From Candidatus Aminicenantes bacterium (GTDB lineage: Bacteria; Acidobacteriota; Aminicenantia; UBA2199), in assembly GCA_018262835.1 (NCBI GenBank), contig JADFDP010000001.1, forward strand, positions 96,081 to 160,080: a stretch of DNA of 64,000 nt, given 5' to 3'. Positions 53,713 through 63,006 of the stretch are shown piece by piece (positions within the stretch are counted from its first letter, which is position 1; every line of letters starts with the position of its first letter). Under the pieces are notes generated by a model. That model saw only the letters and a list, made by a program, of their open reading frames with translations. It was not told the DNA's origin and did no database searches. The translations under genes and the position numbers were made by a program.

Positions 53713-55200
53713 ATGAAAGAAAAAGTTTTGATTCCCACCCGCGGCGTCATTGCCCTGGATATCATCAATTCCCTGAACAGCATGGGCATGGAAACATTGC
53801 TGATGCATTCGCCCGAGGATTCGCTAAGCCTGCCGGTCAAGCTGGCCGACCGCAGTTATAAATTCTATTCTTCGCGACTGGAAGACAGCTACCTGGATAG
53901 CGAAGCCATCCTGGAAAAAGCGCGGGAGGTCCACGCCGATTACATCCATCCCGGCTACGGTTTTTTGGCCGAAAGCCCGGAATTCGCCAAACTCTGCCGG
54001 GACAGCAACATCCGCTTTATCGGTCCTGACAGCCCGGTGCTGGCCGCGGTGGAAGACAAGATCAAATTGCGGGAGACCGCAGCCTCCCTGGGGCTGCCGA
54101 TCTTGAAATTTTCCGAATTGATCAAGAGCCCCCTGGATTTCGAGGCCTGCAAAGGCGACTTCAATTATCCGATCATCATCAAGCCGCTGAAAGGATCGGG
54201 CGGCCGGGGTATCCACGTCGCCGACTACCGGCGCGATGCCCAGGAGCGGATCGCCAACCTGTTGAAACGGGAAGAAAACACCCGCAACGGCGTGTTTTTT
54301 GAAGAATTCAGGCCTTACGCCCACCATATCGAGATTCCTTTTTTCCGCGACATCAAGGACAATATCCTCTTCCTGCCAGAAATTGAATCATCGATCCAGC
54401 GCCGTTTTCAAAAGATATTCCAGGAGTCGCCGTCGCCGAACCTGGATGAGCGCGTGCGCGCCTGCCTCTACGAGCGCTCCCAGGCGCTGCTCAAGAAAAT
54501 CAATTACGTGGGGCTGGGTTATGTCGAGTTCATCGTGGAAAACAACGAATGCCTGTTTTCCGAGATCAACCCCACTTTTCAGATCAACACCCTGATTTCC
54601 GAAGTCCATTTGACCTCGAATTTTCTGAAAAAGCAGGTGGTGATCTCCCGCGGAGAGCTGCTGCACCATGTGCAGGGCGTGAGGATCGTCAAGCCCACGC
54701 ACCACGTGCTGCTGATCTCGCTGATGGCTGAAGATCCCATCGACAATTTCATGCCGTCCACCGGCGCGATCAGCCATTTCTTTCATTATTCGACCATCCG
54801 CAATGTCTTCAAGACCACCCTGTACACCGGGGCGCGGGTGACCCCGATGTACGATCCCTTCATCGGCAAGATCCTGACCTACGCCGTGGAGCGCCAGAAC
54901 GCCATCAACGACATGCGCATCTTCCTGGACAACATCATCATCCGCGGCATCCGCACCAACCTGGTGTTTTTCAAGCACCTGCTGGAAAACGAATCCTTGC
55001 GCAATGGCGAGACCATCATTGATTTCCTGCACCTGAAGTTCGATTTCGGCAAACTGAAAAAGAGCGAAGAGGAACTATTGATCGCCGCCGCCCTGCTGGC
55101 CGCCGATTTTCACATCGACAACCGCAAGAAGAACTACAAGGCCAAGCTGGAAAAAATGAAGCAGCCCGGCCTGTTGAAAAGGCTCTTCGGCGGCTTTTGA
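53713..55200 (+). CDS. Biotin carboxylase (ATP-grasp) homologue with substituted catalytic residues
   Basis: It has an AAGGAG RBS and is collinear with AccC (HPGYGFLAE, IIIKPLKGSGGRGI, SIQRRFQK, GYVEFI, MAEDP). The E. coli R292/E296/R338 equivalents read T288/N292/S336 (see findings). Confidence 0.8.
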   Translation: MKEKVLIPTRGVIALDIINSLNSMGMETLLMHSPEDSLSLPVKLADRSYKFYSSRLEDSYLDSEAILEKAREVHADYIHPGYGFLAESPEFAKLCRDSNIRFIGPDSPVLAAVEDKIKLRETAASLGLPILKFSELIKSPLDFEACKGDFNYPIIIKPLKGSGGRGIHVADYRRDAQERIANLLKREENTRNGVFFEEFRPYAHHIEIPFFRDIKDNILFLPEIESSIQRRFQKIFQESPSPNLDERVRACLYERSQALLKKINYVGLGYVEFIVENNECLFSEINPTFQINTLISEVHLTSNFLKKQVVISRGELLHHVQGVRIVKPTHHVLLISLMAEDPIDNFMPSTGAISHFFHYSTIRNVFKTTLYTGARVTPMYDPFIGKILTYAVERQNAINDMRIFLDNIIIRGIRTNLVFFKHLLENESLRNGETIIDFLHLKFDFGKLKKSEEELLIAAALLAADFHIDNRKKNYKAKLEKMKQPGLLKRLFGGF

Positions 55201-55205
55201 GGTGC

Positions 55206-55724
55206 ATGATGAAATACAAATTTCATATTGACAAAAAAATAGTGGATGTCGAGATCGCCAACAGCGCCACCTTCCATTCGCCGACCGAGATCAAGATCGA
55301 CAAGAGCAAGCTCGACATCCTGATCGGGGAAATCAGGGAAGATGAGGTGCTTTCGTTCTTTGTCGACAACAAGCTGCACCAGGTCGAGATCGTCCGTGAC
55401 GAAGGCGGATACCCCCAGGGGATCTACGTCAACGACGAGTTCTATTCCGCTTCCCTGCTCAAGATCGACCGCCTGTTCTACTACAAGGAAAAGCCGGTCA
55501 GCGCCTCCAAGTCCGGAATGGTCAAGAGTTTTATCCCCGGCTACATCAAAAAGATCTTTTTCCGCGCCCAGGACCGGGTGGAGGAGAACGACATCGTCCT
55601 GATCCACGAGGCCATGAAGATGGAGAACGAGATCCGCGCCCCCAAGTCCGGCGTGATCAAGGCCATGGGCGTCCAGGAAGGCGACAACATCCTGGCCAAC
55701 CACCTGCTTTTCGAGATCGAGTAA
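55206..55724 (+). CDS. Biotin carboxyl carrier protein (biotinyl domain)
   Basis: It has a C-terminal biotinyl domain with the attachment motif EAMKMENEI. The start is ambiguous (TTG 55197, ATG 55206 or ATG 55209). Confidence 0.85.
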   Translation: MMKYKFHIDKKIVDVEIANSATFHSPTEIKIDKSKLDILIGEIREDEVLSFFVDNKLHQVEIVRDEGGYPQGIYVNDEFYSASLLKIDRLFYYKEKPVSASKSGMVKSFIPGYIKKIFFRAQDRVEENDIVLIHEAMKMENEIRAPKSGVIKAMGVQEGDNILANHLLFEIE

Positions 55725-55791
55725 TTTTTCCAGGCAAGCGGGCCGCTGCCATTTCGATTTTTCGGCTTCTTACGCTATAATACCCCCTCCC

Positions 55792-57387
55792 ATGAAACGC
55801 CCATTGCTTCTCCTGCCGCTCGCCGTGTTCCTGGCGCTGCCAACCGCCTGCTCCAAAAAACCGCCCATCGAGAACGTGCTTCTTGTCTCCCTGGACACCA
55901 CCCGCGCCGACTACGTTGACAGCGGCCGCGGCAGCCGGGCCTGGACTCCCGAGCTGCGCCGCTTCGCCGCGGGTTCCTGGGTTTTCGACAACGCCTACTC
56001 GCCGATCCCGCAGACCCTGCCCGCCCATTTGGCGGTGCTCAGCGGGCGCCTGCCGCACGAACTCGGCGTATTCGGGAATGAATACGTTTATGACGGGCGC
56101 TACCCGCTGCTGCAGCAGGTGTTGCAGCGCCGCGGCTGGCGCACTGCCGGGATCGTCTCGTTGGGCACGCTGGCGGCAGCGACCGGCATCGCCCGGGGAT
56201 TTGACCAGTATCATGACCAGCTGAATGACGGCAGCCATTTTTTCGCCGCCGCTGAAAAAGTGACCGATGCCGCCATCGGCCAGCTGCAGCGGTTCAAAAA
56301 CAGCAAGTTCTTTGTCTTCGCCCATTACTCGGATCCTCACCCGCCTTATGCTCCGCCGCAGAGCCAGGCTCCCTTCACCATTGAACTCGACGGCCGCCCG
56401 CTGCTGACTTTCAACGCGTATTCCGGGAGCATCGCCCGGCTGCGCCTGGAGCTGGCCCCGGGGACGCACCGCTTGGTCTTGCGGACGGAGGTACCCGCCG
56501 GGGATTTTGAATTCTTCATTATCCGCCGCCTGCAGGCGGGAAAGGGAGCGGACATCACCCTAGAGAACCTGGAATACAGCACGGATTATTACGGCGGTTC
56601 GCACGTGCTGCGCCAGGGGCGGGGCGCCGCCGTCATCCGCGTCCGCCGCGGCGGCGAACTCCGTCTCTTTCAGATCATCCCCATTTTGACCCGGCGGGCG
56701 GCCCAGGAAAACTACCGCCGCGAGGTGGAATATCTGGACCGGCAGGTGGGCCGGCTGCTGCGCGCCCTGGAAAAAGGCCCGGCCGCCGGTCGTACCGCGG
56801 TGGTCGTGTTCGCCGATCACGGCGAAGGGTTGGGCGAACGCGAAGGATTCATCGGGCACGTGCGTTTCCTCAACCGGCAGTTCATCCGCGTGCCCCTGTG
56901 GGTCCGCATCCCCGGGCAGGCGCCGCGCCGTTTCAACGGCCCCGTATCCCTGCGGGAGATCTCCTCCTGGTTGAGCGGCCTGCTGGGCATTGAAGGTTCT
57001 CCCCTCATCCGTGCCGGCAGCACATGGTCGGATCTGCGTCGCGGCAGCCCGGGCCGGGAGCCGGTCTGTTCTTTCACTTTCGCGCCCGCCGCGGGCAATG
57101 ACCTCTGCTCGGTCATCCTCTGGCCGATCCAGTGGATCGTCAGCCGTGATCCGCAGACCGGGGTCGAGAGCCGCGAGTGCTACGACCTGCGCCTGGCTGC
57201 GGAACGCAAGATGGACGCCATCCCCCCAGAATTGATCGCAAGGCAGGAGCCGGCCTTGTGGCGGCAATTTGAAAATTCACGACCTTTGTGGCAGGCTGCT
57301 TTTGCCCGCCGCGGCCGGCCGACCTCCAAGGCCAGCCGGCGCCAGATCGAAAAGCTGAAGACGCTCGGCTACCTCCGCTGCCCATGA
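55792..57387 (+). CDS. Sulfatase / alkaline-phosphatase-superfamily lipoprotein
   Basis: It has a lipoprotein-type signal (LALPTACSKK), an N-terminal metal-binding segment (LLVSLDTTRADY) and later ADHGEGLGE, which is typical of the superfamily. Confidence 0.75.
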   Translation: MKRPLLLLPLAVFLALPTACSKKPPIENVLLVSLDTTRADYVDSGRGSRAWTPELRRFAAGSWVFDNAYSPIPQTLPAHLAVLSGRLPHELGVFGNEYVYDGRYPLLQQVLQRRGWRTAGIVSLGTLAAATGIARGFDQYHDQLNDGSHFFAAAEKVTDAAIGQLQRFKNSKFFVFAHYSDPHPPYAPPQSQAPFTIELDGRPLLTFNAYSGSIARLRLELAPGTHRLVLRTEVPAGDFEFFIIRRLQAGKGADITLENLEYSTDYYGGSHVLRQGRGAAVIRVRRGGELRLFQIIPILTRRAAQENYRREVEYLDRQVGRLLRALEKGPAAGRTAVVVFADHGEGLGEREGFIGHVRFLNRQFIRVPLWVRIPGQAPRRFNGPVSLREISSWLSGLLGIEGSPLIRAGSTWSDLRRGSPGREPVCSFTFAPAAGNDLCSVILWPIQWIVSRDPQTGVESRECYDLRLAAERKMDAIPPELIARQEPALWRQFENSRPLWQAAFARRGRPTSKASRRQIEKLKTLGYLRCP

Positions 57388-58730
57388 GCCGTTTTTCCCC
57401 GCCCGCTTCTTCCGCCTTTTCCTGGGACCGCTGGGAACCCTTGTTCCGCCTGGCGGTCATGGCGTCCGGCGCGCTGATCCTGGGCTGGTCCCTGCTTACC
57501 GGCCGCCTTTTTCCCGGCCTGTGGGGACAAGCGGGGGCTCAGCCTGCGGGCGTTTTCCTGCGCCTGCTGCTGGGGGCCACCACGACCATTTTTCTGGCAG
57601 CGATCGTCTGGCGAACGATCTTCTGGTTCCGCTACCGCCCGGCGGACTCGGCGCTGGTCAGCGAATGGCCGGCACTGACCATCCTGCTTCCGGCCTATAA
57701 CGAAGGCGCGGCGGTGTTCGCCACGGTGGCCGCGATCGCGGCCAGCGACTATCCGGCCGGACTGCTGAAGATCATTGCCGTGGACGACGGATCGCTGGAC
57801 GATACCCACGCCCACCTGCTCCGGGCCAAAGGCTGCTATCCCGGGCTGCTGGAGATCATCCGCTTTGCCAATAACCGCGGCAAGCGCCATGCCCTTTACG
57901 AGGCTTTCCGCGGCGTGCAGACGCCATTCGTCGTCACCGTGGACTCGGACACCGAGGTGGCGCCCGACGCCATCCGCGAGCTGGTCGCGCCGCTGGTGCT
58001 CGATCCCGATGCCGGGGCCGCGACCGGCCGCATCCGCATCCTCAACAGCCGGGCCAATCTGTTCACGCGCATGCTCGATGTCAATTTCGCCATGGCCTTT
58101 GATTTCACCCGCGCCATTGAGTCCACTTTCGCCAGCGTTTTCTGCACTTCGGGGGCATTCTCGGTCTATCGTTCCGCCGCCTTGCTCCGGGTCGCCGATG
58201 ACTGGCGCGATCAGAAGTTCCTCGGCCGCCCCTGCTCTTACGGCGAAGACCGGAGCCTGGCCAATTTCATGCTGCGCCTCGGCTACGGCACGGTATTCCA
58301 GCGCTCCGCCGTCGCCCGCACCCGGGTGCCCGAGCGCTTGGGCCAGATCCTGAAAATGCTCACCCGCTGGGCGCGCAGCAACATCCGCGAAAGCATCGTG
58401 TTTGCTTCGGTGATGTTCCATGCCAACCGCCGCGGCAACCGCTTCTGGCCGGTCCTGGAGTTCGTCAGCACCTCGGTGCTGGTTTTCCTGCATTTGGTAT
58501 GGTTTTACGCGCTCCTGGCCAGCGGCCTGGCCGGCGGCGAATTCCTGCTGCGCGCCGTCGCCTCCACCGTGCTCTTCGGTTTCCTGTATATGTTGTACTT
58601 CATCCGCATCGAGGGCGGCCGGGAGTTTCCCTACGCGCTGGCTTTCACTTTGTTCTGCAGCCCGCTGATGGTCGGCATTTTCACCGTCGCCGGACTTACC
58701 CTCACCACCCGGAGCTGGTCCACTCGCTGA
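57384..58730 (+). CDS. Processive family-2 glycosyltransferase (HasA/NodC/PgaC-like polysaccharide synthase)
   Basis: It has flanking TM segments, DDGSLDDT, VDSDT, GAFSVYR, GEDRSLA and TRWARSNIRES (a QxxRW-type motif resembling HasA RWNKSFFRES). Its ATG 57384 overlaps the sulfatase stop (ATGA). Confidence 0.85.
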   Translation: MSRFSPPASSAFSWDRWEPLFRLAVMASGALILGWSLLTGRLFPGLWGQAGAQPAGVFLRLLLGATTTIFLAAIVWRTIFWFRYRPADSALVSEWPALTILLPAYNEGAAVFATVAAIAASDYPAGLLKIIAVDDGSLDDTHAHLLRAKGCYPGLLEIIRFANNRGKRHALYEAFRGVQTPFVVTVDSDTEVAPDAIRELVAPLVLDPDAGAATGRIRILNSRANLFTRMLDVNFAMAFDFTRAIESTFASVFCTSGAFSVYRSAALLRVADDWRDQKFLGRPCSYGEDRSLANFMLRLGYGTVFQRSAVARTRVPERLGQILKMLTRWARSNIRESIVFASVMFHANRRGNRFWPVLEFVSTSVLVFLHLVWFYALLASGLAGGEFLLRAVASTVLFGFLYMLYFIRIEGGREFPYALAFTLFCSPLMVGIFTVAGLTLTTRSWSTR

Positions 58731-58796
58731 TCCGCTTTGCCGACCGGCGGGGATCGAAATGATTTGGTGATTTGTCTGTCATGATGAAGGCGGGAT

Positions 58797-59471
58797 ATGG
58801 AGGATGCCATGAACGAGGCGATCTCCGGTTTGATCGTGGCGGCCGTTACGGCGGCCTTGGTCGGGGCGATATTTTTCTGGACCGGGAAAGCGAAAAGAAA
58901 GAAGATCGGGGCCTTGCGCGCCCTCTGCATCCAGCGGGGCTGGAATTACCGGTACGACAGCGGCTCCCTGCACCACGGGCATCATATCGAGGGCAACGGC
59001 TGGACGTTCGAGGCGGTCTCGCGGTCCAGCGGCCGCGAGAGCGCTCCTGGGTCGTCCCCCTGGGACCATTCTTCCAAATGGACCTCGCAGAAGGAAAGCC
59101 CAGGCCGCTGCACGTTTATCCTGGGCAGCCGCCTATTAGGGCGCGGACTGGAGGATATGGCCGCGATGCCGGTGCGAATACAAGTTCGTTGGTCCCGCTA
59201 TCTCGGGGAAGAAGTCATCGGCCTTCAGTTGTTCTCGGCTGGTGAGCGGCTGGATGCAATGTATATCCTTGCAGCCAAGGATCGTCCGCCGGCGGCGGGC
59301 CTCCTGCCGACACGTGCCGAGGAGCTGCTGCTCGCCTGGCCGCAAGAGCTTCCCCTGGTCGTCCGCTCCTCGCCAATGCGACTCTCACTGCAGGTTAACG
59401 GCAAACGGCTGGAAAATGTGGACCAGGTTGCCCGCTTTTTAGAGCTGGGAGAGAGCCTCCTCCGGGATTGA
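58797..59471 (+). CDS. Membrane-anchored protein, function unknown
   Basis: It has a single N-terminal TM segment (ISGLIVAAVTAALVGAIFFW). An alternative start at ATG 58809 has GGAGGA upstream. Confidence 0.45.
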   Translation: MEDAMNEAISGLIVAAVTAALVGAIFFWTGKAKRKKIGALRALCIQRGWNYRYDSGSLHHGHHIEGNGWTFEAVSRSSGRESAPGSSPWDHSSKWTSQKESPGRCTFILGSRLLGRGLEDMAAMPVRIQVRWSRYLGEEVIGLQLFSAGERLDAMYILAAKDRPPAAGLLPTRAEELLLAWPQELPLVVRSSPMRLSLQVNGKRLENVDQVARFLELGESLLRD

Positions 59472-59475
59472 AGTT

Positions 59476-59509
59476 AAAAAATGGGGCGGCGCGAAGCAGT
59501 CCGCCCCAT
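59476..59509 (-). terminator. Intrinsic terminator of the BNR/sortilin-like gene
   Basis: On the minus strand the 9-bp stem atggggcgg / ccgccccat has an 11-nt loop and is followed by TTTTT. Confidence 0.65.
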
Positions 59510-59524
59510 CACCGACATGTCGGA

Positions 59525-62500
59525 TTAATCCCTTATTTCCAGCAGCCGTCCCGGGGTCCAGGGGGCTTTGGCGGCGTCAAGTTCCTTTTCCAGCCTGGGC
59601 ATATCTTCTTGAACGATGCTTTTTAACTTGAGCAGCAGCGGGGCAAGCTCCTCACGGACGATCTTTACGCCCTCTGCTTGGCTCTTGCCCGGGTCGGCAG
59701 TGGTGCCGAACTGGTTGTTGATGATGGTCGAAAGGCGCGACCACAGCGGCATATGCGTTGGAGGTATTTCTTCATCACTGGCCTTGGGTTCCAGGCCGCG
59801 GATGGCGTAAACGATCTCGTCCAGTTTCTTTTCTACTGCGGTCGCCAGGCCCGCCAGGGATGACGCGCCCCGCGGCAGGGATACCATGGTCTGCTTGATG
59901 CGCAGCAGCTTGCCCTGCAGCTCGGCGGCGAGCTCCATGGCTCCCTGCAGCACGCGGGTCAGATCGGCCACCTGGCGCTGGAAGCGCACCAGGGCGGAGC
60001 GGTCCGGAGCCGGCAGGGTGGCGTTGGCCACCGCCTTGGCCGTGAATTCCTGGCTTGCGCCCAGCGGGGTGACCCGGTCGTCAATTACCTTGGCCACGGT
60101 CACCTTGTATTTGCCTGGCATGACCATCAGGCCGGCATCGTCCTTGGCCAGGGGATTGTACTTGCCTTCGGCCTTGACCGGGAACGGCGATGGATGGCTC
60201 AGGTCCCAGGCCAGGCGGTTGATCCCCTTGGCCGGCTGGGCGCGCAGCTCGCGGACCACGTTGCCTTCGGCGTCGCTGATGGTGAACAGCAGGTAGGGCG
60301 GCGTCTCCAGGTTCTCCAGGCGGAGCTCCTCCCAGCTGGGATTGGGGATGGGCTTGCCTTTTTCGAACAGATCCTTGTCTTTTTTTTGCCTGGCCTGCTT
60401 TTGGGTCTGGTAGGCCTCCTTGAGATAATAGGTGAAGACGGCGCCGTAATCGGGATTGGCGGCGGTGAAATAGGTGTCGCCCTGGCCGTATTTCATCGTG
60501 GTCTGGACGAACATCAGGGCGTCCCTGACCGGAAAGAGCTGGAACTCGCTTTGCATGGCCGCCGGGGTGAAGCGGCGCAGCGGGGAGTAGTCGTCGAGGA
60601 CATAGATGCCACGTCCGAAAGTGGCCAGTACCAGGTCGTTCTCGCGGCGCTGGATGACGATGTCCCTGACGGCGACGGTCGGGATCCCGGCCTTGAGCTG
60701 GGTCCATTCCCTGCCCCCGTCCACAGTGAAGAATACTCCGAACTCGGTGCCCGCAAAAAGCAGGTCGGGGTTGACGTGGTCCTGGGCGATGGTATGCACT
60801 GTGCCGTTCACCGGCATGTTGGCGGCGATGGAGACCCAGGTCCGGCCCTTGTCACCGCTTTTCAGCAGATAGGGCTTGAAGTCGTCGCGCAGGATGTTGT
60901 CAAAAGAGGCGTAGACGACGTTCTCGTCAAAGCGGGAAGGGAGGATGTCGCTGACATAGGTGTTGGCCGGAACGCCGGGGAACTTGTCGGTTTTACGCCA
61001 CTCCTTGCCGCCGTTCTCCGTCACCTGGATCAAGCCATCGTCGGTTCCGGCGAAGAGCAGGCCTTCCCGCAGCGGGGATTCGTCCAGGGAGATGATGATG
61101 CCGTACAGGGAGGTGGAGACGTCCTTGGCCACCGCATCGGCGCTCCAGAACTTGTTCATGACCGGCCAGGTGTCGCGGTCGATCTGGGCCGTCAGGTCGT
61201 CGCTGATCACTTGCCAGGAGTCGCCGCGGTCGTCGCTGCGAAAGACCTTGTTGGCCGCACAATACAGGCGGGTATGGGAGTGGGGGCTGATCAGCAGCGG
61301 CGTGTTCCAGTTCCAGCGGTAGGTCTTCTCCCCCTGCCGCGGTTGGGGCTTGATCACGTTGATCTCCATGCTCTTGCGGTCGTAGCGCACGATGTTGCCG
61401 TACTGCCACTCGGCGTAGACGATGTTGGGGTCGGTGGGGTCGACCTGCGAGAAGAAGCCGTCGCCGCCGACGGTATTGAACCATTCGTCCGAGGTGACGC
61501 CGTCGGAGCTGATGTTGCGCGAGGGGCCGCCCATGCTATTGTTGTCCTGGGTGCCGCCATAGATGAAATAGAAAGGCAACGATTCGTCGACCGCCACCCG
61601 GTAGAACTGGGTCACCGGCAGGTTGCTCTTGAACAGCCAGTTCTCACCGTTGTCATAGGTCTCATAGATGCCGCCGTCGCCGCCGATCATGAAATGGGCG
61701 GTGTCCCTGGGGTCGATCCACAAGGCGTGGTCGTCGACGTGCCGGCGCTTCAAGCCCAGCGCCGTCCAGGTCTTGCCGCCGTCGATCGTGACCTGGGAAA
61801 CCGTTTCCACCGAGTAGACCTTGTTCACGTCGAGCGGGTCGCAGTAGATCTCGTTGTAGTACTGTCCCTGGGCCGTGTGCGGCCCCATTTTGCTCCACGA
61901 CTCGCCGCGGTCGCTGGAGCGGAAGAAGCCGCCCTCGTCCCCGGCTGCCTCGATGATGGCGTAGACCACGTCGGGATTCACCGGCGAGATGGCCAGGCCG
62001 ATGCCGCCCATGTCGACCGTCGGCAGCCCCGAAGTGACCTTGCGCCAGGTGGCGCCGCCGTCGGTGGTCTTGTGGATGGCCGTTTCCGGCCCGCCGCCGA
62101 TCTTGGTGTGCACGTGCCGCCGGCGCTGCTCCGAGGAAGCGATGATCACATTGGGGTCGCGCGGGTCCATGACCATGCAGTTGATCCCCGTGTTCTCGCT
62201 GATGTTCAGCACTTTCCTCCAGCTCAGGCCGCCGTCGACGGTCTTGAACAGGCCGCGATCGCCGCCCGGTCCCCAAGCCGACCCTTCAGCGGCCACGTAG
62301 ACGGTGCGGGTGTCCTTGGGGTTGATCAGGATCATGCCGATCTGGCGCGATGCCTTCAGTCCCATGTTCTTCCAGCTTTTGCCGTTGTCGACCGTCTTGT
62401 ACACGCCGTCGCCATAGCCCAGGGCGCGCTGGTGGTTGTTCTCGCCGGTGCCGGCCCAGACCACGTTGGGATTGCCGGGGTCCATGGCCAGGCAGCCCAG

Positions 62501-62785
62501 GGAGTAGGCGCCGTAGTTGTCGAAGACGGGCGTCCAGGTGATGCCGGAGTTTTCGGTCTTCCAGATATGGCCGCTGGCCACGGCAACGAAGTACTGCTTG
62601 GGATTGACCGGGTTGACGGCGAAGTCGGCGATGCGTCCCGAGTTGAAAGCCGGGCCGACGGAACGGAACTTCAGCCCGGAGAACAGGTCGGAGTTCATGG
62701 CTGGTTCTTTTTTGACCGGCGCAGCCGCCTGAGCCAGCATCGCGGCCATGAGAAAGACCAAAGCTTTAAAAATATGTTTTTTCAT
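59525..62785 (-). CDS. Secreted BNR/Asp-box repeat protein with tandem beta-propellers (sortilin/Vps10-like, glycosyl-hydrolase-like)
   Basis: It has a signal peptide plus at least 10 Asp-box motifs of SxDxGxTW type (TENSGITW, TVDNGKSW, TVDGGLSW, TTDGGATW, SSDRGESW, TIDGGKTW, SDDRGDSW, SGDKGRTW, TVDGGREW). Confidence 0.85.
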   Translation of the reverse strand: MKKHIFKALVFLMAAMLAQAAAPVKKEPAMNSDLFSGLKFRSVGPAFNSGRIADFAVNPVNPKQYFVAVASGHIWKTENSGITWTPVFDNYGAYSLGCLAMDPGNPNVVWAGTGENNHQRALGYGDGVYKTVDNGKSWKNMGLKASRQIGMILINPKDTRTVYVAAEGSAWGPGGDRGLFKTVDGGLSWRKVLNISENTGINCMVMDPRDPNVIIASSEQRRRHVHTKIGGGPETAIHKTTDGGATWRKVTSGLPTVDMGGIGLAISPVNPDVVYAIIEAAGDEGGFFRSSDRGESWSKMGPHTAQGQYYNEIYCDPLDVNKVYSVETVSQVTIDGGKTWTALGLKRRHVDDHALWIDPRDTAHFMIGGDGGIYETYDNGENWLFKSNLPVTQFYRVAVDESLPFYFIYGGTQDNNSMGGPSRNISSDGVTSDEWFNTVGGDGFFSQVDPTDPNIVYAEWQYGNIVRYDRKSMEINVIKPQPRQGEKTYRWNWNTPLLISPHSHTRLYCAANKVFRSDDRGDSWQVISDDLTAQIDRDTWPVMNKFWSADAVAKDVSTSLYGIIISLDESPLREGLLFAGTDDGLIQVTENGGKEWRKTDKFPGVPANTYVSDILPSRFDENVVYASFDNILRDDFKPYLLKSGDKGRTWVSIAANMPVNGTVHTIAQDHVNPDLLFAGTEFGVFFTVDGGREWTQLKAGIPTVAVRDIVIQRRENDLVLATFGRGIYVLDDYSPLRRFTPAAMQSEFQLFPVRDALMFVQTTMKYGQGDTYFTAANPDYGAVFTYYLKEAYQTQKQARQKKDKDLFEKGKPIPNPSWEELRLENLETPPYLLFTISDAEGNVVRELRAQPAKGINRLAWDLSHPSPFPVKAEGKYNPLAKDDAGLMVMPGKYKVTVAKVIDDRVTPLGASQEFTAKAVANATLPAPDRSALVRFQRQVADLTRVLQGAMELAAELQGKLLRIKQTMVSLPRGASSLAGLATAVEKKLDEIVYAIRGLEPKASDEEIPPTHMPLWSRLSTIINNQFGTTADPGKSQAEGVKIVREELAPLLLKLKSIVQEDMPRLEKELDAAKAPWTPGRLLEIRD

Positions 62786-63006
62786 TTTGCCTCCCTGGGG
62801 AACCCGCTGTTGGCGATTTTTTCATGAACCGGCACCCTGGTTAAGGGCCTGCCCGGCGTGGCGAAAAAAATCCCCGGCAAAACCATCTTCGGTTCCTCAA
62901 CGTCGTTTATACGTGCCTTGCCTTTTTTTGTTCACTGCCGGGGCGCGTTGTGATTTTTCTTGCTTTTTTCACGCCGATTGCATAAGATGAAATCCAGGGA
63001 GAAGCC

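Noticed and set aside
60194-62827. 877-aa plus-strand ORF
   Set aside because: It is antisense to the BNR/sortilin-like gene, whose Asp-box repeats are unambiguous. Its composition is shadow-like (G/A/V/D/R-rich).
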